Part shown: positions 23,901 through 38,155 of the stretch, piece by piece | Layout of the letters: each line of letters starts with the position of its first letter | How positions within the stretch are numbered: position 1 is the first letter of the stretch | Assembly: GCF_009914755.1 (NCBI RefSeq) | Contig: NC_060934.1 | DNA length: 64,000 bases | Origin: the human T2T-CHM13v2.0 reference genome, Homo sapiens | Direction: 5' to 3' (one strand) | Position numbers and translations under genes: made by a program | Notes under the pieces: model-generated | The model's input: only the letters and a program-made list of their open reading frames with translations | Databases searched by the model: none | Told to the model about the DNA's origin: nothing

Positions 23901-26900
23901 CTCTGAGTTACCAGCACACTTGTCGCTTTTACACATAAAGAACCCTGTGACTCTGTCCCAGGACCTTTTAGCCTAGACCTAAAAATTCGCAGCCCAGGAA
24001 ACCCAAAGCATTTTAGGAACCTGAGGGGTGGGCCAAGGGGATCTCAGAGTTTGATGCTGGCTGTGGGGTCAGCAAAGGGTGGCTGGGGCTTCCCATAAGC
24101 ACTCCCAGGAGGCCGTGCAATGGCCCGAGGCTGGTTCCACCTCCCGCCCTCAGTTCTCACGCCCAGCCGTGACTGGAGCACCCCTTCAGGAGGAGTCCCT
24201 GGCTCCAGGCCCTAACGTCCATGTCAAGGCCCCTAGTGGGGCAGCTTCTACCCCAGGGAGGCTGGAACTGGAGGCAGCCTGGAGCTCCAGGCAATCCTGG
24301 CAACCACCTGCTTCCTGAAGTGGCTGCAGAAAAACCCCTGCTTCCAAACCCTGGTACAGACTGTGTGAGGCCTGGAACGCGGGAGGCACACTTCACAGGG
24401 TCCCTGCTCAGATGCAAAAAGCAAGGCTAACAGCAGGAAAATTATTTAATTACCTTCATGGTCATCAAGTAAAATCAGTCACTCAGACCTATATGTGACT
24501 GGAAGTATACACATTATAGAAGTGTATATACATGTAAATATATACATGCTTATTTTCCTCTACTTTTATATACCTTACATATATATGTGTATATGTGCAA
24601 ATGTATAAAACATGGACGATAAACCATAGTTGAGATTTCAAATCTCAAAGATCTCAGAAGCAAATTACTATCCTTAAATTCTATACAAAGACATAACATC
24701 TTACATTCTTGCAAACAAAACATTCTCTAAGTATTAGCGTTTTATTTTAAAAACAAAGAATGCATTGCACTCTCGCAATTTCTTATTTCAAATCACTTTC
24801 ACTGAGAGATTCTATAACTTGCTACCTTGAAGACTTCCAACAATAATAGCTCATTAGTTTAAGCATTAGGGAGTTCATTTTTAAATACCATCACTGATTA
24901 AGAAAAACTGCTCTACAGGACTTTCGCTATTTTAAAGCGTAATGATGTCCACCTCTCTATACTCAAGAACAGGAAGATGCCCGTGCAGATGTTTCCAAAG
25001 CAATTCAGAGGAGATGGTCTAGACACACAGTTTAAGACAATCACAATTTCAAAAAAAAAAAAAAAAGAATCACATTTTCAAGGTCAGAAGATCAAGACCA
25101 AATCCAGGATATTCTGAAGGGTTCAACTTACATTTAAATTATCTCATGTATTTGTAGTTTGGATGGAACATGACATCCTTAAAGACAACCAAATCTAAAA
25201 TACAGAAAAGCATTCTTAAATGCATCACAGCCCTTAAAACCCACAGCATATCTCTTTTGTTTAAATGTACTTAATTTTATCACATTTTCATTTTATAATT
25301 TCAAAATTTCTAAAGCTCCTAACGCCTCAAACCGAGATAGAATTTGACTTCAGCAATTTCCAAGTCACAAGCAGGTTGTATGTCCACAGCTATTCGGAAT
25401 GTGGTTTCTGATAGAAGCTTTTATGAACACACATGAAATCCCTCTGGATTGCAAAGGCTGAGACTCAGCGTATCTCAGAATGAAAATACATACATTTGTG
25501 ATGGACAGCAGAACACAGTACAGATACTAATTAGTAAAACAACAGCAAAGTCTACGGCACTTCTCATACAGAACAAATACAAAGTGTTTGAGGAAAAGTC
25601 TTTCTAACTGTAAAAATTCGAGCTGATTGGAACAAAGAAGATTCTGAATATGATCTTGGCTGCTTTACAAGACTTCAGAATTTTCCTCATCTGCAAGTGA
25701 AAATGAACCTCCTGCTTGCCCACTGAGGACAGGGAGAGAACAGGGTAGGATAACAGGCCTTTGAATGCTTCGTAGGTGGAGAAAGGAAGACAGGCCAGCC
25801 CCGTACACCCATCAGCACACCCACACCAGCTGTGCAGGTGACTCAGCTAACCCTGCGATGGCCAGGCATCTCAATGAGACAGCCGGGCCTGAGTGACCTG
25901 CCAAGAGACATGATGGCCAAGCCTGGATGGAATCCCTGGAGGGTAGTCAACCCAGGGCCTCTCAGGTTTTGTCCCAGCAGGTCTGTGCCCAGGAATCTGC
26001 ATTTCCAAGTAGCCCAGGTGAGCTGCTGCCCAGAGGCCCTCACCAGTCATGGCTCACACAGGCAGTGGAACCCCCGCACACCACCTCCTTCTGCAACGCC
26101 TGGCGTGGATTTTCCTTAATTGCCGATGCTGCGCTCCTCTGTGCCTACTCTCACCATCGGTCCCAAGTTTACTGAACTTAGAATGAGAGAAGGGAATTAC
26201 AAAGGAAAGCGTCCACCTGAAACAGGACCGACCGGGGCTCACATCAGCAGACACAGCAAATGCAGCACACCTGTGCACGGCTCACCACTCACAAAGCCCA
26301 CAGCCGCGTGGTTTCCACTCTGAACGTCCAAGTGGCTGTGGGCAGGGAGATGCTGCACAGCTGTTTCTATGCTAAATACTTGAAGGTGTGAATTTTATTA
26401 CATAAAATTTAGAAAAATGTGTGTTTAGCATATAAATGTGTGCATTTATTTATGTTAAATACATGAAAACATGTAATCCAGGTGTTTAGGTTCATACCAC
26501 TGTAGAGACTAATTTCTATTCATACAGCTGCACAGCTGGGGCCCAGAACCAACACCCACCAGCTGTGTCACCGTATCTGCTGTTTTTCTGTCACACACCA
26601 GCCCTACCCCACCAAAAAAAAAAAAAATCCGTGGCATTTAATAAAAAATTCTTTTATGTTAGTTTTACATTACTAGAGACGACCTTGTGGTCCTCTTTGA
26701 AGAGATGGCAGCACGTGAAGGATCTCAAATACACATATGTTCTGGGTCTCCTGATCTAAGGACTCGTCCACACTGGTGGCTTTAACTGCGCCTATGTGGA
26801 AACTTCCGGAAGGCATTTGTGTCATGTCTAAGAGCAAACTGGCATTCATGCCTCAGCACTGTGTGCCTCTTCTTTCCTCCGTCCCGCCAGCACCATCTTC

Positions 26901-28049
26901 TCCCAGGGAACTGGTGCCGTGCTCTGAGGCTCTGTCCTGCCAGTCCCCGGCAGAGTCCCTGGTGCCATCATGGATAACCAGCCCTCCGCCTGTCCAGGTG
27001 CATCAGGCAGCAAGCAACTCATCCAAGTCTGTTTAGAAACCACACACTTGCGACACCTATAGGCCTCAGTAGGTGGAGGCGGACAGGGTAAGGGCAGCCG
27101 TCCTGGGGGACAGCTGTCTGCAGTGAGCCACCACACATTCAGTGAGGCTGTCTGGCTCCTCACCTCTACCCAGCCTCCACCCATCGCATCTGGCCTGGAT
27201 TCTCCGACGCCTGCACGGCCTTCACCCGGTTCATAACTCAGCTCACAAAGGCCCCGTACCGTGCGAAGTGCGGCAGTGGGTGCATCTGCAGCTGTTTATC
27301 ATCTCTGCATCTAGCTCCTCTCCCTCACAAAACAGCACCTCTGAAGTCATGGCCTGGCCTCCCGACCCTCCCCGCTTCTGGGCTTCTTGGCATGTTGTTC
27401 TGCTCCACACACCTCAGCAAATATTGCTGATTAGCTAAAATCACCCAGAAATGCCTTAACCTTGACTTCAGCCGCTGCTTTTGTAATTTTTAATATTTGT
27501 ACTTATGGTGTGATTTGGGGAACAACAAATTTTAAAATTAGAGCAAAAAGATGTGGTGTTTATTCCCTCATTTCTACTTGCAACCTTGAAAATTCAAGTA
27601 GCAGCAAGAGTTTGTTGAAAGTAACTTCCACCAAATGGAACCGATTACAAATGTACTACAGAGTGTCAAATAACCAGAGATGTAAATACAGATGCAGACA
27701 CAGATATAAAATCCAGTGGTTACACCAGATTGAGAAATGCTTGCCAGTTTGTAGGACTTCTAAAACTTGACATAAATGTTGGCTAAGGGATACAAGATGT
27801 TATGAGATGAGTGAGATGGTTGGCCTAGAACCACAGGCTCTCTCCTCTGTACAACAGAAAATCCATAAGAAAGTCAAATGTGAAAGAACCAGGTACCGCT
27901 GAATGGCATAATCAGCCATCCTTCCCGTCCCTGGGCCAGCTGCGGTGAGTGCAGCCAGTTGTTCACCAACATCCATCGTCCATCCTCCAGGCCACGGCTA
28001 CACTTTACTCCCAGCTCCACGTAATTATGTAGATTAGGTAAATGATGGC

Positions 28050-28300
28050 CACTCTCACCCTAAGCCTCCCCCGCCAGCATGGCAATCACCCAGCCCCAAC
28101 CACAGCAAGGACAGTCGTGTCCTTGGGAATGTAGGGCAGGTGTCTGGAAGGAACCTGGATCCCTGAATACCTCATGGAGCAGTCACCAGCCTGGAACATC
28201 CCCCCTGAAGGGTTTGCGAGAGAGAAAACCTCCTTGGTTCCTCAAGCTACAATACTGCAGAGTCCCTGGTCACAGCATCCTTACCTACCCTAGTCAGGAG
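28050..28300 (+). mobile_element. Old MaLR LTR fragment (MLT1J/K-like)
   Basis: GGAAGGAACCTGGATCCCTGA...CATGGAGCAG...GAGAGAGAAAACCTCC resembles the MLT1 3' half. Confidence 0.5.
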
Positions 28301-28358
28301 CCATTCATGCCTTTCACCAAGACATAAAAACAAAAACGCAGTGGCACCGTCACGCACA

Positions 28359-28535
28359 CCCAGAACATAGACTGCCTGCTGCCCACCCAGAATGCAGACC
28401 GCCCACAGCTCCCCCAGAAAGCAGACCGCCCGCTGCCCACCCAGAACGCAGACCGCCCGCAGCTCCCCCAGAACGCAGACCGCCCACTGCTCCCCCAGAA
28501 CGCAGACCGCCCGCTGCTCCCCCAGAACGCAGACC
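28359..28535 (+). repeat. Minisatellite, 27-bp unit, ~6.5 copies
   Basis: CCCAGAACGCAGACCGCCCGCTGCTCC; 9-aa period in the minus-strand ORF. Confidence 0.92.
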
Positions 28536-29865
28536 ACTTGCTACTCACATTCATCTTATTAACACCAAAAAGCCATAGTGGTGGATATCCCGGATGTGGA
28601 CACTTAGTGGCTTTTTGCTGGAGATGCGCTTTGTGCACTTATCACACAACCATCTTGGACTCAGGAGGCGCTGTGCAGATGGCAGCTGTGCACGTCACAG
28701 TGAGTCTCACTCGCTGGACTCTCTGCCGACTCCCAGCATCAGCACCTGTAGGGTCCTCTCCTCCGGGAGCACGTGCTTGGATACCACAGTATCCTGTGGA
28801 TCCATACAACGGTGCAGTGTGCCCCAGGAGCTTGCAAAGTACCACTGCATCAGTGCTTCCACAGGTGAGGCCGGGGGCAGAAGCCAACCTCAAGCAGTTA
28901 CCATCCTCCGTGGGGCTGGCGTCCAGGCAGGAAGGCGACTCAGCAGCTCTCCTCTCACTGTGGAACTTCCTAGGTCCCCACATGAACAGAACCTAAATAA
29001 CACGCAAGAAACAACAGGAACGAGAACACTACCAGCAGCTTCTGAGATGGGCAAGCTGAGCTGATCATGAGACACCTGACGGGGATGGTGCCAGAACCCC
29101 TCCCAGTGACCTGTGAGGACGGCGCTGCCGGCATCTCCCTAGAACCTGCCCAAGTCGAGTTAGACTCGAGGCTCCCAGGAGTGGGGCAGATCCGTTCAAT
29201 CCCACAATCTGAACATTCTTCTAGGCCATCTCATGGCCCCCATCTCATAGATGGGAACTGGGACACTGCACCATAGACCCGGTCTTCCTCTATACCACAC
29301 ACCAGTACAGTGAGCACTTATGGACTGGGTATTCACGTAAAATACTGCTTAACTAAAACTTCTGATTTAGAAAATGTTTAATTCCTACTCACAGAGCTGA
29401 AAGTGCTCTGTCCTAGAAGGCAGCGGCTGTAATTAAGCTTGAGAGAGGAAGAAGGGATCAGAGTGGTGCCAAGTATTTAAATATTCAACTAAATCTATTC
29501 ACCACGTTGCCATGCTCCTGTCACCTGCTTCGTTTTCCGTCCTTAAAAGACACAAAAGTTAGTTCTCAAAATAGACAACCTATTTTACTGTTGCTTAGCC
29601 ATAAAGTAGTGAGCTATGTATCCAAAAGGGAGATATGGGAAAACAGAAAAGACAGGAGACAGATCCTAAACACCGTAAAACAGAAAACATCCACAAACGA
29701 TCAGGGTGGGAGGGCAGCTGCAGCAGCACCTGGCTCCGTTGCATCTTTGTGAGCCAGCCACATGGGCTGGATAGCTCACTTAGCCACTGAAATTACATCA
29801 TCTAAGATTTTTGTTGCAGTTACTTTGATAAATTCTCCCCTCCTGCTATGGAAAGGTTTAGCTTG

Positions 29866-30006
29866 CTTTTATTTTTTTAGGTGGAGTCTCACTCTGTCAC
29901 CCAGGCCGGAGTGCAGTATTGCGATCATGGCTCATCGCGGCCTTGACTTTCTGGCTCAAGCAATCCTCCTGCCTCAGCCTCCCAAAGAAGCTGGGACCAA
30001 CAGGCA
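29866..30006 (-). mobile_element. Alu right-arm fragment (AluJ/FRAM-like)
   Basis: TTTT...GGAGTCTCACTCTGTCACCCAGGC...CTCAAGCAATCCTCCTGCCTCAGCCTCCC. Confidence 0.85.
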
Positions 30007-30616
30007 AGTTTCATTTCTTTGCTAACAAATTCCTAATTCGCCACCACGTGGCGGGCCCATCAGGCCATCTGCCTGGACGTCCACCTTGCCGACCGGCTGT
30101 GTGGTCTCTAAGGTGGATGCACTCCGGTTGCCCGAGCTCTGCACACGATGCCGAGTCTCCACGCCTGCCGCCGTCTAAGTGACTGACAGCCCGGAGCATC
30201 CCGGACATGCCACCGTGAGCCGGGCTTTATTCCACAGGGCGACTTTGCTTCCCGTGAGGAGATGCAGCACGTGAGCACAGATCAAAGGGTGTCAGCAACT
30301 AACACATTTCCCAGATATTAAGCAGAGGACCAAGGGTTTTGTTCCTTATTTGCTATGGGCTTGATTCAAAACAGCTTTCTGGACTCCTGGGGACAAACAT
30401 CTCTAACTGATGAGAATTCTGGCTTTATTAATGGAAGAATCACCTAATGCCCATTTTGTAACTGCTGTTCTTATCAGAACTTGAGGCCAAAGAAAGGGAA
30501 AAATAAAAGGGGGGCCAAGGTCGTGACACCCCAGTTTGTACAAGGCCAACCAGCCTGCTTGAGGGGGTGAGAGGAGTAGGGTTTTTAAACTGCTGACTTT
30601 TAAAAACATGGCTGTA

Positions 30617-30757
30617 GGCTGGTGCAGTGGCTCAAGCCTGTAAGCCCAGCACTTTGGGAGGCTGAGGTGGGAGGGTTGCTTGAGGCCAGGAGTTCAAGAT
30701 TAGCCTGGGCAATACAGCAAGACCCTATCTCTTAAAAAAAAAAAAAAAAAAAAAAAG
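30617..30757 (+). mobile_element. Alu monomer (FLAM-like)
   Basis: Single left-arm-type monomer ending GACCCTATCTCTT plus poly(A). Confidence 0.85.
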
Positions 30758-30942
30758 ACTGTTACTAACATAGTAATGAAAAGGTTGATTAATACAATAA
30801 ATTACTATGTCAACATGGCACCCCCTGCTGTCAGACGAGATGGACTCTCTGTGGCTACAATGAGGCCCAGAGAGAAATGCAAGCGGCATCACAGGGAGGA
30901 AGGTTGGCCCCAAAGCCCCACGGCACTAACTCCTGTACAGTT

Positions 30943-31557
30943 TGTTAACCAGCATGAAGTCTCCTCCACAGTCAGACAGCAGCCTGGTTTAGAGGAACGC
31001 TGCCCACGGGACCTTGGCAGACTCCCGATGCCGGCCGACCAGACACCCCACCCTGGGACCCTGCAGGCAGCCCCGACTGGACAGAAGGGCGTCGTGAGCA
31101 TCCTTTCCCGCCAAAAGCTGCAGACCCTGAGCCAGTCTCGGCTGTTGACAGAGGCTGCACATAAACGTCTGCGCCCAACAGCTCATCTTTGGTCGTGACG
31201 CGCTGAGTCCACCTCATTTCAAATGTTACGCTCGCCCCAAGGTGAACACAGATGTTACAGGTTAACTCACTGCGTGTGTGCTGTGACTTTCCCCGTAAAC
31301 ATTCAGACATTCCACAATCCCGATGAGCACACACAGCGAACAAACCCCACTTTCCCTGTAAACGTTCAGACATTCCACGAACCTGATGAACACACACAGC
31401 GAACAAACTCCCGTGTGTTTAAATGCCGCGGTCTCCTCCCCTCCTGAGGGGCGTGTGCTTACAGTTCCCCCGAGACCACATTTCCCAAAGTAGACTGTTA
31501 CTCTGAAAATAAAACCTTTTTCCTTCCTCTGTACATCTCATGGTCATGTTGTTAACA
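30943..31557 (+). mobile_element. Probable ERV1-class solo LTR, subfamily unassigned
   Basis: TGTTAAC...GTTAACA inverted termini ~615 bp apart; AATAAA ~45 bp before the 3' CA; no clean TSD. Confidence 0.5.
31286..31411 (+). repeat. Tandem duplication, 63 bp x2
   Basis: ACTTTCCC.GTAAAC.TTCAGACATTCCAC...GATGA.CACACACAGCGAACAAAC twice. Confidence 0.88.
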
Positions 31558-32599
31558 ACTATTGCTACAAATGCAAAGAATCGAGGTATCATACGTGCCG
31601 TTCACCGAATTCCTAACACCAAAGGTTCAGGGCCCCCCAGTCTGACGGAAGCGTCTATCGCCCTAAAGCCAACTCTGGAGGTAAAGGCCGAGCTCGGGAA
31701 AGGCGGTGTCACCGGCAAACCCACACCATAGGGCCCTCTACAGTTGTGTGTAAGGAATTCTTGGCCTGTCCTGGGGTGTGGGGAAATCAGGATGCAAGCA
31801 GATATCATACGCTCTGCCGCGGGACCATGAAGTCTGTGGAACCTCAGAGGAACACGGACAAACAGCTGCCTCGACGGGTGCCCGTGTCAAGAACACAGAC
31901 ACGCTGGGAGGAGCAGCCAATGCAGGCAACGCTTGCAACTCCAGCACGCGGCAGCTTCCAGCTCCAGCACAACTACCATATTCTGTGGCAAAATTTTTAA
32001 AATAAGTTTTAACTAGTTATAACTCTAACTTTGTTTTATAGATAAACAGAGAACACAGGGTACCAACCGGCTCCAAAATACTTCGCCCAGAACCAAGTCT
32101 AGAATGCAGATGGCTGCTGTTCCAAGTATGACGAGTCCCCTTTAGTGCCATAAATCCTAGAAGTGACTGAGTGCTCCCTCCTAAACCAGAAAGCACCCTC
32201 TGTCCCCAGGCCAGTCCATCAGCCCCGGCAGAAGCTTCTAGAGTAAGAGCCTGTGGATTTGTATTGCATGGATGTAAACCCACCAAAGTCACAGGGGCTC
32301 ATCCTGGAAGCCCATCCAGTTACCCACTCATGTCCCGGAAAGCCCTGCCCCCACCTCCACCCCCGCAGTCATGCTGAACCAGAACTGGCTTCTAAGGCCC
32401 TTAAGCCACTCCCTCTCTCCCCTGGACAGACCCTTCTCAAACCATGAGGCCCAGGGTAGCCTTAACAGGTGGTCCCAGCAAAACTGGCCGCTGCATTTTC
32501 TTGCTGGCAAATGAGTCAACATCTACCTTAGAGCAACCAAAACAGCATGTTTTTCCACTGAGAAGACCTCGTTTCTGTCCATTTAGAATTGGTATTTTG

Positions 32600-32787
32600 T
32601 GTGGGTGTGTGAGAGAGTATGGGTGAGAGAGAGAGTATGGGTGAGAGAGAGAGTATGGGTGTGAGAGAGAGTATGGGTGTGAGAGAGAGTATGGGTGTGA
32701 GAGAGAGTATGGGTGTGAGAGAGAGTATGGGTGTGTGAGAGTATGGGTGTGTGAGAGTATGGGTGTGTGAGAGAGTATGGGTGTGTG
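32600..32787 (+). repeat. Minisatellite (GTGTGAGAGAGAGTATGG)n, ~18-bp unit, ~10 copies
   Basis: Read directly. Confidence 0.93.
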
Positions 32788-32794
32788 GTGGCGG

Positions 32795-33011
32795 GGGTCC
32801 TTGTTCTGTCGCTCAGGCACAGTGCACCACAAGTACAGAGGTGCTATCACGGTTCAACTGCAGCCTCAACCTCCCAGGCTTGGGTGATCCTCCAGCCTCA
32901 GCCTCCCGAGTAGCTGGGACTGCACGTGCACACCACCACTCCTACTTAATTTTTTGTAGCATCAGGGTCTTTAGGTGCTGGGATTACAGGTGTGAGCCAC
33001 TATGCCCAGCC
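32795..33011 (-). mobile_element. AluJ-type SINE with internal deletion
   Basis: CAGCCTCAACCTCCCAGGCT...CCTCCCGAGTAGCTGGGACT...GCTGGGATTACAGGTGTGAGCCACTATGCCCAGCC. Confidence 0.85.
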
Positions 33012-33531
33012 TGGAATTGATATTTCTTAAACTATTACTGAGTTTCACACATAAACCCCACTTACATAGATCCCAGCACACTCTCACAGCTCGAGGGTTT
33101 TCCTGAATCTCAATTCTGTCCATTCAAGGTCAGTATCTAAGAAAGTGTCAGAACTGACCCTCCCTCGACGAAGCCTAAGGTCAAATGCAGCAGCATCTCC
33201 GGTATGAGGAGAGAAAGAAAGAAGGGTGGAAAACACATTGAAATTCCCGTGTTAGAATCATCACCACCAACACTTTACGAGGCAATCTGCTTTCCAGAAC
33301 ATCTAGCTGCCGGATTAACTTCACAGCCACCAGATTCCACAGGCAGGTGCTCAGGGGGACACAGCTTTCTCAAGGCCGCACAGCCCGGGCACCATAACAG
33401 CCTCGGGGCAAACTAAACAAAGGCTTGTTTCTCTCAAGGACAAAGGTGCTCAAATCCTTCCAAATAGTTTATTCTTCTAAATAGGTTAGATGGCCTCCTA
33501 CAACAGTTTAGAGTGCCAGTGTGTTCAGGAG

Positions 33532-33896
33532 TGTGAAGGGAAAACATCTCAGGACCCCAAAATTACTAAGCTAAAGGGAAAAGGTAGGGAACAGCTTAGG
33601 CAAACCTGCCTCCCCATGCTCTTCCTAACAGAGATACCTACCAAAAAAAAAAAAAAGCCACGTACCTCCCTCACAACTAGTCCACAGGGAAATTTCTCAT
33701 GGACAGAGAACAGAACTCAAAGTCACCCCCTGCACACGGAGATAAATGCGTATCTGCTTAGTGACGGGCACCTACTCAACCCTCCTGAGGCCGTGTCACA
33801 GATGTGTCCTCAACCCTCCTGAGGCCGTCTTGAACCGTGGGAAAATGAACTTTCTAAATGGGCTGAGAACTGTCTCAGAGACACTTCTGGTTTACA
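33532..33896 (+). mobile_element. ERV1 solo LTR, MER4A-like, internally deleted
   Basis: TGTGAAGGGAAAACATCTCAGGACCCCAAAATTACTAAGCTAAAGGGAAAA...GGTTTACA; flanks GGAG/GGAA (degenerate 4-bp TSD). Confidence 0.85.
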
Positions 33897-34663
33897 GGAA
33901 GCATTCTCTCCTGCAGGTATAATAATGAAATCACATGGAATTATAAAATGCCACTTTAGTAAAGGCTGAAGGAATTAGGGTTTGACATGCTTTAAAAAAA
34001 AAAAGAGGAACGTTCTATTTATCAATGGACCATGAAGCCCACGCCCCCTTCTGCAGTGACGATGGTCAACTGGGACGAGGAGCCCCTCCTGCGGATGCAG
34101 CAGAGGCCGCCCCCTGACCCCACTTCCCAGAGTCCATGCTTCTGCTGCTCAGGTAACAGCAACCCTAGCTTCACAGGGCTCAGGCCTCCAAACACAACTC
34201 CCACCCATGCTGGAGAATCACCCCGGGGACGTGCGAAACGGGGAGGTGCAACTCTCACTTCATCCCCTTAAAGGGGAAAAGGCGCCTTCCCACTCCTCTT
34301 CCTGCTGGTGGGGACAGAGGCAGGAGCCAGATGGTCAGGAGTTGGGCGGCAGGAGGGAAGCAGCCTGGGTCCCTGCTAGTCACAGATGGCAAATGCCAAC
34401 CAGCCCCGACCTTCATCTTATAGTGAAGAAATCCTTCTCTTTTTGTCAGGTCCCTGTTAGAAAGAAGTTAGCGCACATTCCTTTAAAAAAAGATACAACA
34501 TCGGTGTTTTGCTGATTGACAATATTTCAATTATCTGGGGGCCTTGGGTCAAATGACGCCAACACAGGAAACTGAACCCTGTTATTCAGGAAACTACCTT
34601 CCAGCCCCATCTACCCTCCCAGGCTGTCATCTTACAGTGTTTGTCTGCTGGATGATTATTTTT

Positions 34664-34964
<301 letters not shown>

Positions 34965-35989
34965 TGGATGATTATTTTTAACAATAGGTACTCTTAAGAG
35001 CTCGGTGTACACAACAGACAAGAAGTCAGCCTGGGTTGAGGGGAGGCAGGAACTGACCCCTCTCTCCCTGCAGGATGGTACAGAAGGAACCTTCAGCACC
35101 CGGGTTTGCAGGATGCTGGATCAGAGCATCTCTCACATCTCAAGTACAGCCAGACCCTCCTCTACCGCAGCCTGTTCAGGAGAAGGTGGCACCTGCCCTA
35201 GAGACCCACAGCCCTAGGCGTGGGCTGAGCTGGAGCTGAACTTTCCTCCCTTGGTAAGAGTCAGGGCCAGGGGTGGGGAGAGGAGACAAGCAGCAGGCGA
35301 GAGGGGCGCTGTGGAAACTCCATGCTGTGCTAACTCTCATCTGACATGCTCCGGCCAAAGCCACGCTTCTCGGGGGGCATTTCCCTTCACACATCTGGAA
35401 ATCATCCACGTCTAGTACTCCCCACAGAACAGATCCTTCCCCAGGAGGCAGACACTTGGCTGTAATCTTTGGTAATGAGGGGCATGCCTTTGTACCCATT
35501 CTGTAGTGTTTCCTGTTACCTATTTTACCTTAAGCTAAAAATGGTTCCCATTTACACTCTGCAGTGACACAGCGAAACACACGAGATTCAGTGTGATCCC
35601 ACACTCGTCACTGCTGACCTCAAGTTCTTTATTTGTCCATTTATATTACCATCTTTTCTCAAGATGCAATGTTACAGTCTGATCATAAAAACTGTATGTG
35701 GGCTATGGCAGTCATACACCTGCACTCAAATCTTTTATGTCAAATATGTAAAGGGAGCCTATAGGTTTGGTTCAAAGAATTATTGGTGTTAACTCCAGGA
35801 AATACGACACCTTGGGTCACATTTGCTCTTGCAGTGTACTCTGAGAATTAGGTCAAAATAATTATTATAAACATATACACATACTTATATGTATGCAAAT
35901 GCCACATTTTCAACATTTCTCTCCCATTGCTCCCGTAAGCTTCCATCCTGAGGCACACTTCGGGTGCAAAGAGTATTTTCAGATGGATG

Positions 35990-36600
35990 GTACGTCAGCT
36001 CCCCTGGGTTTCCATAACAAATGTCCCAGATTGGGCAGCTTCAACAATATAAATTGATTCTCTCCCAGTCTGGGAGCCAGAAGTCCACAATCAAGGTGTG
36101 GGCAGGGCCGAGCTCCCACCGCAGGCTCCAAGTGGGATCCTTGCTACCTCCTCCAGCATGTGCGCTCAGGCGTCCCTCAGCTTGAAACCACATCACGCCC
36201 ATCTCTGCCTCTGCCTTCACACAGCCCTTTTCTCTGTGTCTCAAATTTCCCTTTCCTCTCCAAGGACACCAGCCATTGGGACGTAGGACCCACCCTATAT
36301 CCAGGATATCTCCTGAGAGCATGGTATCTATCTGCAAAGACCCTGTTCCCCATAGGGACATCACAGTCCCGGGGGCTAGAGTTGTATCTATCTGCAAAGA
36401 CCCTGTTCCCCATAGGGACGTCACAGTCCCGGGGGCTAGAGTTGTATCTATCTGCAAAGACCCTGTTCCCCATAGGGACATCACAGTCCCAGGGGGGCCA
36501 GCGTTGTATCTATCTGCAAAGACCTGCTCCCAACAGGGACACCACAGTCCTGGGGGCTAGGACTGGGACATAAGTTTGGGAGGACACAATTTAATACCAG
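35990..36600 (-). mobile_element. MaLR solo LTR (MLT1C-like) containing a VNTR
   Basis: CCATAACAAA...GGAGCCAGAAGTCCACAATCAAGGTGTGGGCAGGGCC...AAGGACACCAGCCATTGG...ATCTGCAAAGACCCT...GGACACAATT. Confidence 0.85.
36324..36560 (+). repeat. Minisatellite, 60-bp unit, ~4 copies
   Basis: The 60-base stretches starting at 36361 and 36421 are nearly identical. Confidence 0.93.
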
Positions 36601-37129
36601 GAGCCGGACAGACAGTGAATGTGATTCAGAATTCGTTCATGGGACTGACTCCCAGTGCTCTGTGGAGGGGGGGCCATCCTGAGAGGTGCTAAGACAAAGA
36701 CAGTGAGTGCTGTTTTTGGAAGCCTAAGCTATGACTCGGTTTTAACTGATTAAACCTTCTTTCCAGCAAACAGCTTCCACGTGAACAGAAGAGTGTGTGG
36801 GAAATCCAAAGGGAAAAGGCAGTCATCTGAAACCATCTTCTTGACCCCCCAGTTCTGTGTTCTACTTGAGTATCTCAAAGTTAACACACGCCAGTTCTTT
36901 ATTCTGTTTTTCCCAGAACTTATCATCCCTGCCGTGACACCACCACCCATTTTGTAGTCATAGAAGATGAACAAAAGAAGGTGGGCATCAGTCATGAGGC
37001 TGGCTGTGTCCTGCATCTCACCCCAGGCTCTCCTCACTGCACCCTGTCAGGCAGCCTGAAGGGACTCACCCAGGTCCCAGGTGAAGTCTGATTCCCTCTG
37101 TGGGGGAAGAAGTGAGGGTGGAGTGAGTT

Positions 37130-37250
37130 TGACAACCTGACCACCCAGAGGCAAGGCCGTATGAAGGAGGGCGTGGGATCTTGGCCCCTGTGACAACCTC
37201 ACCACACAGAGGCAAGGCCGTATGAAGGAGGCAGTGGGATCTAGAGCCCT
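37130..37250 (+). repeat. Tandem duplication, ~61 bp x2
   Basis: CCAC.CAGAGGCAAGGCCGTATGAAGGAGG..GTGGGATCT twice. Confidence 0.85.
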
Positions 37251-37782
37251 GCACAGCTCCCCAGACCTGACCTGGACCAGAATCTCTGTGATTTCGGGGT
37301 AAATGACTCAAACAGAGCAAGTGCACTCTCTCCACTGAAAGGATTCTTATTTAAAACTGTTTCTAAAATACCCATCGTTAACTAATAAGGATCACCCTGG
37401 CGCAGACTCCGGTTCCTTTCAATTCGCCTCTTTTCTTCCCACAAGTAGCCCTCTAATGCCCAAGGAAGCTCAGACAACACAAGTAACTACGACCTGGCTC
37501 CAGCATCTGCCCCCCACACATTTGTCCCCAGGGCACCCAGCATCCTGCCCCCCGTCCCCCTCCCCCGCACACTTGTGCCCAGGGCACCCAGGACACGGGT
37601 ATCACCCATGTTTCAGCCAGGCTTGTGTTTCCCCCATTAACATGACAACAGGAGAGGGATGAGGGAAGACACGAGACACAGGCTGGTAAGTCAACTCTAG
37701 GTGGTGCAAACCCATTGCTCTGGCAATAAGCAAAGCTCTTGGGGTCTCCCTAAATATCGAGCAGTTATCTTTCGTCTGCGAA

Positions 37783-38077
37783 TTTTTTTTTTTCCCCCGA
37801 GACCGAGTCTCGCTCTGTACTGCAGGCTGGAGTGCAGTGGCGATCTCGGCTCACTGCAGCCTCCACCTCCCAAGTTCAGGCGATTCTCCTGCCTCAGCCT
37901 CCCAAGCAGCCTGGATTACAGGCACGCGCCACCATGCCTGGCTATTTTTTGTATTTTTGGTAGAGACAGGGTTTCTCCATGTTGGCCAATCTGGTCTTGA
38001 ACTCCTGGCCTCAAGCGATCTGCTGCCTCGGCCTCCCAAAAGTGCTGGGATAACAGCCACGAGCCACCGTGCCTGGC
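37783..38077 (-). mobile_element. AluS-type SINE
   Basis: Reverse full dimer preceded by poly(T). Confidence 0.92.
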
Positions 38078-38155
38078 TGTGAATGTATTTTAAATTTTTA
38101 AGCTTTTTGTTTCTAGACTCTGTATCCTCTGTGGATAACAAATGCTTCCCGAGGA

